Shown piece after piece: positions 1 through 5,874 of a stretch of DNA of 11,910 nt (position 1 is its first letter; each line of letters starts with the position of its first letter). The position numbers and the translations under genes were made by a program. Under the pieces are notes generated by a model. The model was not told the origin of the DNA. It saw only the letters and a list, made by a program, of their open reading frames with translations, and ran no database searches. Source of the stretch: Thermoflexales bacterium (GTDB lineage: Bacteria > Chloroflexota > Anaerolineae > B4-G1 > SLSP01); the NCBI GenBank assembly GCA_015486785.1, contig WFQZ01000251.1, positions 1-11,910 of the forward strand, in the 5' to 3' direction.

Positions 1-1031
1 CCAACGTGCAGATGCAGACGATCAACTCGGCCTTCCGCCCCACGCTGGATGTGTTCAGCTCGCTGGGCATCGCCCTGGTGCTGGGGTTCGGCGGGATGAT
101 GGCCCTGCGAGATAGCATCACCATCGGCGTCATCGTGGCCTTCCTCAACTACGTGCGGCGGTTCTTCCAGCCGGTGCGGGCGATCAGCAACCAATACTCG
201 GTGGTGCAAACGGCCATCGCCGCTGCGGAGCGCATCTTCGCCATTATGGACGAGTCGCCGCAGATCACCGACGCGCCCGACGCGCTCGAACTGGCGCAAG
301 TTGAGGGGCACGTGATGTTTGAGCATGTCTCGTTCCGCTACACGCCCGATACGCCGGTGCTGCAAGATGTGTCCTTTGAGGCGCGTCCGGGGCAGATGAT
401 CGCCATCGTCGGGCCGACCGGGGCCGGCAAGACCACCATGGTCAACCTGCTGATGCGCTTCTACGACGTGGACGAGGGACGGATTCTGCTCGACGGCCAT
501 GATCTGCGGCAGGTGACTCAAGAGAGCTTGCGACGGCAGATCGGCATGGTGCTGCAAGATAACTACCTGTTTTCCGGCACGGTGATGGACAACATCCGCT
601 ATGGGCGGCTGGACGCCACCGATGAAGAAGTCATCTCCGCCGCGCGGACGGCGGGCGCGGATACATTCATCCGCGCGTTGGCGCAGGGATACCAAACTCC
701 GCTCCGCGAGCGCGGCTCTAACTTGAGCTTGGGGCAGCGGCAGCTCATCGCCATCGCCCGCGCCATTCTCTCCGACCCGCGCATCCTGATCCTGGACGAG
801 GCCACTTCCAGCGTGGATACCCGCACCGAACGGGCGATCCAAGCCGCGCTGGAAAAGCTGCTCCACGGGCGGACGAGCATCGTCATCGCGCACCGGCTGA
901 GCACCATCCGCAGTGCGGGCCAGGTGTTGGTGCTTTCCCAAGGGCGCATCGTGGAGCGCGGCACGCACGCCGAATTACTGGCCGCGCAAGGGTTCTACTA
1001 TCAACTCTACACCAGCCAGTTTGGAGATTGA
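1..1031 (+). CDS. ABC transporter ATP-binding/permease protein, exporter type (MsbA/multidrug-like), 5'-truncated by window edge
   Basis: The translation begins in the last TM/coupling segment of a type-I exporter TMD. It then shows NBD motifs: Walker [11 protein letters not shown]-loop, ABC signature LSLGQRQ, Walker [10 protein letters not shown]-loop IAHRLSTI. The frame is open to the window edge and the stop TGA is at 1029-1031. Confidence 0.9.
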   Translation, partial: NVQMQTINSAFRPTLDVFSSLGIALVLGFGGMMALRDSITIGVIVAFLNYVRRFFQPVRAISNQYSVVQTAIAAAERIFAIMDESPQITDAPDALELAQVEGHVMFEHVSFRYTPDTPVLQDVSFEARPGQMIAIVGPTGAGKTTMVNLLMRFYDVDEGRILLDGHDLRQVTQESLRRQIGMVLQDNYLFSGTVMDNIRYGRLDATDEEVISAARTAGADTFIRALAQGYQTPLRERGSNLSLGQRQLIAIARAILSDPRILILDEATSSVDTRTERAIQAALEKLLHGRTSIVIAHRLSTIRSAGQVLVLSQGRIVERGTHAELLAAQGFYYQLYTSQFGD

Positions 1032-1038
1032 TTCCCCT

Positions 1039-1091
1039 CCGAAAGGTGCGGCGTATTTCCAAAGTGCGCCGCACCTTCGGCTTCGTAATTT
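1039..1091 (+). terminator. GC-rich hairpin immediately after the ABC exporter stop; putative intrinsic terminator or attenuator
   Basis: CCGAAAGGTGCGGCG (1039-1053) pairs with CGCCGCACCTTCGG (1067-1080), giving a ~14-bp stem with one bulged A and a 13-nt loop. It is followed by CTTCGTAATTTCCCC, which is only moderately U-rich. Confidence 0.45.
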
Positions 1092-1150
1092 CCCCTGACC
1101 TGTTTTCGGGTAAACTCCTAGCACCAAATCTCACTTGGGGAGGGGCTACC

Positions 1151-1993
1151 TTGAAAGAATCAGAATCCCGCTTACTTCCGATCACGCAGTTTCTTACCCG
1201 CGTTCCTTACTGGCTGGTGCTGGCTATCGTGCTGGCCCTGCTCTTCTTCTGGGGCATCGCGCACAACGGGGATTACCGCGTCATTTTCGACGCCACCCGC
1301 AAGGGCGTCTGGACCACCGTCTACGTCTCGTTGATCGCCTACTTGCTGGCGGTCCTGCTGGGGCTGCTCATCGGCTTGATGCGCCTTTCGCGCTACCGCC
1401 TGGTGCGGGAAGTCTCTTCCTTCTACGTGGAACTGATCCGAGGCGTGCCCATGCTGGTGCTGCTCTACTACATCGCCTTTGTCGGCGCACCGGCCCTGGT
1501 CACGTTCCTCAACCACCTGGCGACTCCGCTGATCAATGCCGGTTGGGTGCAGGAACTCAACGTGCGGGATTTGAACTTCACCCTCCGAGCCATCCTCGCG
1601 CTGATGGTGGGCTACAGCGCGTTCATCTCCGAAATCTTCCGCGCGGGCATTGAATCCATCAATCGCGGGCAGACCGAAGCCGCTTTGGCCTTGGGTATGA
1701 CCGGTGGCCAAACGATGCGTTACATCATCTTGCCTCAGGCCGTGCGCAACGTGCTCCCTCCGCTGGGCAACGAGTTCGTCGCTATGATCAAGGATTCCTC
1801 GCTCGTTTCCGCGCTGGGCGTGCAAGACATTACCCAACTGGGCAAGGTGTACTCGGCCTCCACGTTCAAGTTCTTTGAAACGTACAACGTCGTGGCCTTC
1901 CTGTACCTGCTGATGACCACCACGCTCTCTGTGGGCGTCCGGCGGCTGGAGCAACACATGTCCCGCTCGCGGGGCGAACGCCCGCAGCATTGA
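1151..1993 (+). CDS. Polar amino acid ABC transporter permease (His/Glu/Gln/Arg/opine family)
   Basis: Multi-TM protein with the EAA-type motif [22 protein letters not shown]. The preferred start is TTG 1151, preceded by GGGGAGGGG at 1137-1145. The ORF-track start 1028 (TTG overlapping the upstream stop) has no RBS and is less likely. Stop TGA is at 1991-1993. Confidence 0.8.
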   Translation: MKESESRLLPITQFLTRVPYWLVLAIVLALLFFWGIAHNGDYRVIFDATRKGVWTTVYVSLIAYLLAVLLGLLIGLMRLSRYRLVREVSSFYVELIRGVPMLVLLYYIAFVGAPALVTFLNHLATPLINAGWVQELNVRDLNFTLRAILALMVGYSAFISEIFRAGIESINRGQTEAALALGMTGGQTMRYIILPQAVRNVLPPLGNEFVAMIKDSSLVSALGVQDITQLGKVYSASTFKFFETYNVVAFLYLLMTTTLSVGVRRLEQHMSRSRGERPQH

Positions 1994-2074
1994 ACGATCC
2001 GTGAACGGTAAGCACCCACGAATGCGGTAAAATACTTAGGCACGGAAACTATCTACCTTTCTAAGGAGGGACCT

Positions 2075-3298
2075 ATGTCATTCGATGTTTCTCAAGTCAA
2101 AAGGGATTTCCCTATTTTCCAGCGCGAGATTCACGGGAAGCGGCTGGTGTTCCTGGACAGTGCCGCCAGTGCGCAAAAACCTCAGCCGGTGATTGATGCG
2201 CTCGTGCGGGTGTATTCGCAGAGTTATGCCAACGTGCATCGCGGCATCTACACGCTGGCCGAAGAGGCGACGGCGGAATACGAGCAGGCACGGGAGAAAG
2301 TGGCGCGGTTCATCAACGCCTCGGCCAACGAGATCGTCAACGTGCGCAACACCACCGAGGGGCTTAACTTGCTGGCCTACAGTTGGGGTGAGGCCAACAT
2401 TGAGGCCGGGGATCGCATCGTGGTGACGGAGATGGAGCACCACGCGAATCTCGTTCCCTGGCAGCAATTGGCCCTGCGCAAGCACGCCGAGTTGGCCTTC
2501 ATCCCGGTCACCGACGAGGGCGAGTTGGACTTGGCCGCGCTTCCCCCGCTGCTGGCCGATGGGAAGGCCAAGCTGGTGGCTTGCACGATGGCCTCCAACG
2601 TCCTGGGGACGATCACGCCGATCAAGGACGTGGTGCGCATCGCCCGCGAGGCGGGCGCCGTCACCGTGGTGGATGCCGCCCAGGCCGCGCCCCACATCGC
2701 CATTGACGTCAAGGAGATCGGGGCGGATTTCCTGGCCTTCTCCGGACACAAGATGTGTAGTCCGAACGTGGGTATTCTGTGGGGGCGGCACGAGATGTTG
2801 GAATCGTTGCCGCCGTTTCTTTTTGGCGGCGACATGATCCGCTCGGTGCGCAAGTACGATTCCTGCTGGAACGATGTGCCGTACAAGTTCGAGGCCGGCA
2901 CGCCCTCCATCGCCGAGGCCATCGCCCTGGGCGCGGCGGTTGATTATCTCACCGCGCTGGGGATGGACGCGATCCACGAGCACGAAGTGCAATTGGTCCA
3001 ATACACGATGGAGCAACTGGCGGACATTCCAGAAGTTCACATCCTGGGGCCGAGTGCGGAACGGCGCGGCGGCGTGGTTTCCTTCTGGATGGACTGCGCT
3101 CATCCGCACGACATTGCCTCGATCCTGGACGAAGAGGGCGTGTGCGTGCGAGCGGGGCATCACTGTGCTCAACCGCTGCACACTCGTTTTGGCGTCCAAG
3201 CCACGGCACGGGCCAGCTTCTACGTGTATAATGACGAGGCCGATGTGGACGCGCTAGTCGCGGCCCTGCGGCGTGTCGTCAAGCTGCTAAAACGTTAA
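2075..3298 (+). CDS. sufS: Cysteine desulfurase SufS (class V aminotransferase, group II)
   Basis: 407 aa. PLP-lysine motif FSGHKM. C-terminal catalytic Cys in RAGHHCAQPLH. RBS AAGGAGGG lies 5 nt upstream of ATG 2075. Length and motifs are typical of SufS/CsdA. Confidence 0.92.
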   Translation: MSFDVSQVKRDFPIFQREIHGKRLVFLDSAASAQKPQPVIDALVRVYSQSYANVHRGIYTLAEEATAEYEQAREKVARFINASANEIVNVRNTTEGLNLLAYSWGEANIEAGDRIVVTEMEHHANLVPWQQLALRKHAELAFIPVTDEGELDLAALPPLLADGKAKLVACTMASNVLGTITPIKDVVRIAREAGAVTVVDAAQAAPHIAIDVKEIGADFLAFSGHKMCSPNVGILWGRHEMLESLPPFLFGGDMIRSVRKYDSCWNDVPYKFEAGTPSIAEAIALGAAVDYLTALGMDAIHEHEVQLVQYTMEQLADIPEVHILGPSAERRGGVVSFWMDCAHPHDIASILDEEGVCVRAGHHCAQPLHTRFGVQATARASFYVYNDEADVDALVAALRRVVKLLKR

Positions 3299-3318
3299 TT
3301 TCGGGAGGGAAGAAGACT

Positions 3319-3705
3319 ATGAACGGTGATTTGTACCGCGAGCAATTGCTCGATCATTACCACAATCCGGAAAACTTCGGCGTGTTGGAAGACCCGGACA
3401 TTGATATAACGCAGGAAAACGCCACTTGCGGCGATACGATCCACTTGACGGCCAAGCTGGACGACGAGGGGCGCATCTCCAAAGTTATGTTTGAGGGGCA
3501 TGGCTGCGTCGTCAGCACGGCCTCCGCGTCGATGTTCACCACCGAGGTGTTGGGTAAAACGCCCGCCGAAATCGAAGCGATGCAATTGCCGGACATCCAG
3601 CAGATGCTGGGCGGGGTCACGCTGAGTATGGGGCGCGTCAAATGCGCTATGTTGCCCCTTGAGGCGATGAAGAAGGGCTTGCAAAAGCTCGCGAAGTCAG
3701 CGTAA
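3319..3705 (+). CDS. sufU: SufU/NifU-like Fe-S cluster assembly scaffold / sulfurtransferase (Zn-dependent type)
   Basis: 128 aa. LYREQLLDHYHNPENFGVL...ATCGD...GHGCVVSTASASM...KCAML are IscU/SufU signature cysteines and the Asp of the Zn site. RBS GGGAGGG precedes ATG 3319. It sits directly after sufS. Confidence 0.88.
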   Translation: MNGDLYREQLLDHYHNPENFGVLEDPDIDITQENATCGDTIHLTAKLDDEGRISKVMFEGHGCVVSTASASMFTTEVLGKTPAEIEAMQLPDIQQMLGGVTLSMGRVKCAMLPLEAMKKGLQKLAKSA

Positions 3706-3715
3706 GGGGGAGCGT

Positions 3716-4093
3716 ATGAAATCCGTGGTTGCCACTTCACAAGCTCCGGCGGCAGTAGGGCCGTATTCGCAGGCGATTATGACCGCCGGTTTGATATTCA
3801 CCGCCGGGCAGTTGGGGATTAATCCACTGACCGGGAAATTGGCGGAGGGCGTGGAGGCGCAAACGCATCAAGCGATGCGCAATCTGCAAGCGGTGTTGGA
3901 ATCTGTCGGCAGCAGCCTGGATCGCGTGCTCAAGACGACCATTTTCGTGACCGATCTGGGCGACTTCCGGCGGATCAACGCGATCTACGGGAGCTACTTC
4001 AAAGATGCGCCACCGGCGCGGTCCACCGTGCAAGTGGCCGCATTGCCCTTGGGCGGGCTGGTGGAAATCGAAATGATCGCCGAGGTGGACTAG
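3716..4093 (+). CDS. ridA: RidA family protein (YjgF/TdcF; reactive enamine/imine deaminase)
   Basis: 125 aa with the characteristic N-terminus SQAPAAVGPYSQAI and a C-terminal Arg-containing motif (PPARSTVQV). RBS GGGGGAG precedes ATG 3716. Stop TAG is at 4091-4093. Confidence 0.88.
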   Translation: MKSVVATSQAPAAVGPYSQAIMTAGLIFTAGQLGINPLTGKLAEGVEAQTHQAMRNLQAVLESVGSSLDRVLKTTIFVTDLGDFRRINAIYGSYFKDAPPARSTVQVAALPLGGLVEIEMIAEVD

Positions 4094-4102
4094 GCGCGAC
4101 AC

Positions 4103-4138
4103 AAAAAAAGAGGCCGGATGTGCATCCGGCCTCTTTTT
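4103..4138. terminator. Symmetric bidirectional rho-independent terminator shared by ridA (+) and the tRNA operon (-)
   Basis: AAAAAAA-GAGGCCGGATG-tg-CATCCGGCCTC-TTTTT. A perfect 11-bp GC-rich inverted repeat (4110-4120 / 4123-4133) is flanked by an A7 tract on one side and a T5 tract on the other. It therefore reads as a stem plus U-tract on both strands. Confidence 0.85.
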
Positions 4139-4140
4139 GA

Positions 4141-4214
4141 TACCCCCGTCAGGATTTGAACCTGAAACCTTTTGGTCCGCAACCAAACGCTCTATCCAAT
4201 TGAGCCACGGGGGC
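4141..4214 (-). tRNA. tRNA-Arg, anticodon GCG (copy 1), no encoded CCA
   Basis: Minus-strand cloverleaf GCCCCCG-TG-GCTC/AATTGGATA/GAGC-G-TTTGG/TTGCGGA/CCAAA-AGGTT-TCAGG/TTCAAAT/CCTGA-CGGGGGT-A. The D-arm and architecture resemble bacterial tRNA-Arg(CCG/ACG). The anticodon loop TTGCGGA gives anticodon GCG. 74 nt. Confidence 0.75.
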
Positions 4215-4221
4215 TAAAAGG

Positions 4222-4295
4222 TACCCCCATCAGGATTTGAACCTGAAACCTTTTGGTCCGCAACCAAACGCTCTATCCAATTGAGCCATGGGGGC
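4222..4295 (-). tRNA. tRNA-Arg, anticodon GCG (copy 2, tandem duplicate)
   Basis: Identical to copy 1 except for a compensatory change at acceptor pair 7:66 (G-C in copy 1, A-U in copy 2). Same anticodon loop TTGCGGA. 74 nt. Confidence 0.75.
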
Positions 4296-4300
4296 AAAGG

Positions 4301-4390
4301 CGGGGAGGCAGGGATTCGAACCCTGGAGGGAGCTACTCACCCCCTAACCGCTTAGCAGGCGGCCCCAATCGTCCACTCTGGCACCTCCCC
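4301..4390 (-). tRNA. tRNA-Ser, anticodon GCT (type II, long variable arm)
   Basis: Minus-strand acceptor GGGGAGG/CCTCCCC. Anticodon stem GCCGC/GCGGT with loop CTGCTAA. 21-nt variable arm. T-arm CAGGG-TTCGAAT-CCCTG. Discriminator G. 90 nt. Confidence 0.82.
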
Positions 4391-4413
4391 AGAATCTATG
4401 CGCTTGTTAAAGG

Positions 4414-4500
4414 CGGAGGGAGTGGGATTCGAACCCACGGTGACCTCTCAGCCACAACGGTTTTCAAGACCGTCGCCTTCGTCCGCTCGGCCATCCCTCC
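4414..4500 (-). tRNA. tRNA-Ser, anticodon TGA (type II)
   Basis: Minus-strand acceptor GGAGGGA/TCCCTCC. Anticodon stem ACGGT/ACCGT with loop CTTGAAA. Long variable arm. T-arm GTGGG-TTCGAAT-CCCAC. Discriminator G. 87 nt. Confidence 0.82.
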
Positions 4501-4528
4501 TCAACGAAGGCCTTCCTCACGGGCGGGG

Positions 4529-4556
4529 AGTATACCACGCCGGAAGAGTTTGTCAA
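4529..4556 (-). promoter_or_regulatory. Near-consensus sigma-70 promoter driving the tRNA operon (minus strand)
   Basis: On the minus strand, TTGACA (plus 4551-4556) is followed by a 16-nt spacer and TATACT (plus 4529-4534). This lies ~25-30 nt upstream of the 5' end of tRNA-Ser(TGA) at 4500. Confidence 0.5.
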
Positions 4557-4620
4557 TGAACGTTACGCCCCGTTACGGGATTCCGCGAGCGGCGCGGGGC
4601 GGACGTCCGTTCACCAGAAC

Positions 4621-4655
4621 AAAAACTCCCCCTGATCGTGCTACCTCAGGGGGAG
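4621..4655 (-). terminator. Intrinsic terminator for the minus-strand PreA-like gene
   Basis: Perfect 10-bp stem CTCCCCCTGA / TCAGGGGGAG (4626-4635 / 4646-4655) with a 10-nt loop. On the minus strand it is followed by a T5 run (plus-strand AAAAA 4621-4625). It sits 19 nt after the stop at 4674-4676. Confidence 0.75.
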
Positions 4656-4673
4656 TTGACGCCACGGAGCAGG

Positions 4674-5753
4674 TTACTCTTCGGGCGGCAGGAGTGCGTT
4701 CACCGGGCAGCGGCTGATGCACAGGCCGCACTTTTCACAGTTTTCCTCGTGGATGCGAATCTTGCGGTTTTCGTCAAGGTACAACGCGCCGTAGACACAA
4801 CTGATCACACATTGGTTGCAGCCGGTACAGCGTTCCGGGACCAGGATCGGCGGTTTGGTCATCTGCGGCACGTCGTGTTTGAGGGCCAACCCCCGGATCT
4901 CTTCCACCGAGGCGTAGCCGTGTTGATCCAGCCAGCGGTCGAGCTGCCGGGCGATCTTCCCAAAGATGGAGTGCCCCTTGGTGATCGCGGCGGTACACAC
5001 GCCGACCGCCGTCGCGCCGGCCATCAGGAACTCCACCACGTCCGTGCCTTTGCTGATCCCGCCCACGCCGATGATGGGGATGTCCACCACTTGGGCGATG
5101 TCGTAGACCATCCGCAGGGCTATCGGCTTGAGGGCCGGGCCGGAAATCCAGCCGTAGCCTTTGCCGCCCATCCACAGTTTGCCGCCGTGTTCAATATCCA
5201 CGCCGAAGGCCGGGCCGTATGAGTTCACCGCTACGATGCCATCGGCGCCGGCTTCTTGCGCGGCGATGGCCGCCGGTTGCGGCTCGCGGAAGGGACTCAT
5301 CTTGACCAGCACCGGCACGCCGGCCACCTTGGCCGCGCGGATCGCGTCCTGCATTGGTTTGGGGTCGTCGGCGATGTAGTGGGTGCTTAACTCAATGGCA
5401 TCGGCAAACGGCTTGACTTTGGGGGCCATTTCCGCGATCTCTTCGGCGGTGTAGCCCATGCTGATGATCATCGGCAGTCCGGCTTGTTTGGCCTTGGCGT
5501 ATTCCACCTCCAACCACTGCTCCGGCGGCAGTTCCGTCCATAGTTCCGTGTTCAGGAAGTAGGTCTTAAAATCCGCCATGTTGGGCGTGGGCACATCCGC
5601 AGCCTTAACCGAGATGGTCTTGGTGACCAACGCCGCTGCGCCCCCCTTGGCACACGCCAACAGTGCCTCGCCATCCCGCACCGGCGGACCGGCAGCAGGC
5701 ATCACCGGATGGGCCAGAGTCAGCCCCAATAACTTTGTCGTCAAATCAGCCAT
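4674..5753 (-). CDS. Dihydroorotate dehydrogenase-family flavoprotein with C-terminal 2x[4Fe-4S] ferredoxin domain (PreA-like dihydropyrimidine dehydrogenase subunit)
   Basis: The TIM-barrel DHOD-like core (MGY...KMSP...GADGIVAVNS...GYGWISGPALKPIAL...IGVGGI) aligns with E. coli PreA segments. The C-terminus has two CxxCxxCxxxCP motifs (CTGCNQCVISC, CEKCGLCISRCP). The start is reassigned to ATG at 5753 (Met50 of the ORF-track translation, MADLTT), with GAAGGAGG 7 nt upstream. The in-frame extension to 5900 lacks an RBS. Confidence 0.8.
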   Translation of the reverse strand: MADLTTKLLGLTLAHPVMPAAGPPVRDGEALLACAKGGAAALVTKTISVKAADVPTPNMADFKTYFLNTELWTELPPEQWLEVEYAKAKQAGLPMIISMGYTAEEIAEMAPKVKPFADAIELSTHYIADDPKPMQDAIRAAKVAGVPVLVKMSPFREPQPAAIAAQEAGADGIVAVNSYGPAFGVDIEHGGKLWMGGKGYGWISGPALKPIALRMVYDIAQVVDIPIIGVGGISKGTDVVEFLMAGATAVGVCTAAITKGHSIFGKIARQLDRWLDQHGYASVEEIRGLALKHDVPQMTKPPILVPERCTGCNQCVISCVYGALYLDENRKIRIHEENCEKCGLCISRCPVNALLPPEE

Positions 5754-5780
5754 CGTAGTTCCTCCTTCAAAAGATATAGG

Positions 5781-5799
5781 CTCTTGTGAAACACAAGAG
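5781..5799. promoter_or_regulatory. Perfect 8-3-8 palindrome CTCTTGTG-AAA-CACAAGAG in the promoter region of the PreA-like gene; candidate operator
   Basis: Exact inverted repeat located ~28-46 bp upstream of the ATG at 5753, in the MVP-like/PreA-like intergenic region. On the minus strand it overlaps the spacer upstream of a TATATC -10-like hexamer (plus 5773-5778). Confidence 0.4.
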
Positions 5800-5874
5800 G
5801 AAATGGTGGGGTACGTGCTTATCGTAACCGGAAACTTGCCAGGTGTCAAGGAGTTGTCTGACATCCGCGCGACT

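Noticed and set aside
1172-1990. 272-aa minus-strand ORF antisense to the amino-acid permease, and similar long antisense or alternate-frame ORFs (1135-1653+, 2078-3199-, 2377-2922-, 3295-3684-, 3357-3740-, 3737-4186-, 4638-5222+, 4774-5175-, 6091-6522+, 6535-7134+, 6875-7366-, 7308-7853+, 7869-8204+, 9161-9652-, 9330-9818-, 10218-10850-, 10887-11651-)
   Set aside because: All lie inside or antisense to well-supported genes and lack RBSs. Their translations are Arg/Gly/Pro/His-rich and low in complexity, as is typical of spurious open frames in high-GC DNA.
1994-2074. Possible sufS promoter (TAAAAT at ~2026-2031)
   Set aside because: No acceptable -35 element at 16-18 nt spacing. Too weak to call from sequence alone.
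4253-4717. 154-aa plus-strand ORF across the tRNA cluster
   Set aside because: It overlaps four clearly folded tRNA genes and the promoter/terminator region. Translation is low-complexity. No RBS.
5781-5799. Interpreting the CTCTTGTG-AAA-CACAAGAG palindrome as a Rex (TTGTGAA-N4-TTCACAA) or CRP/FNR (TGTGA-N6-TCACA) site
   Set aside because: The half-site spacing (3 nt) and half-site length fit neither consensus, so the regulator family is left unassigned.
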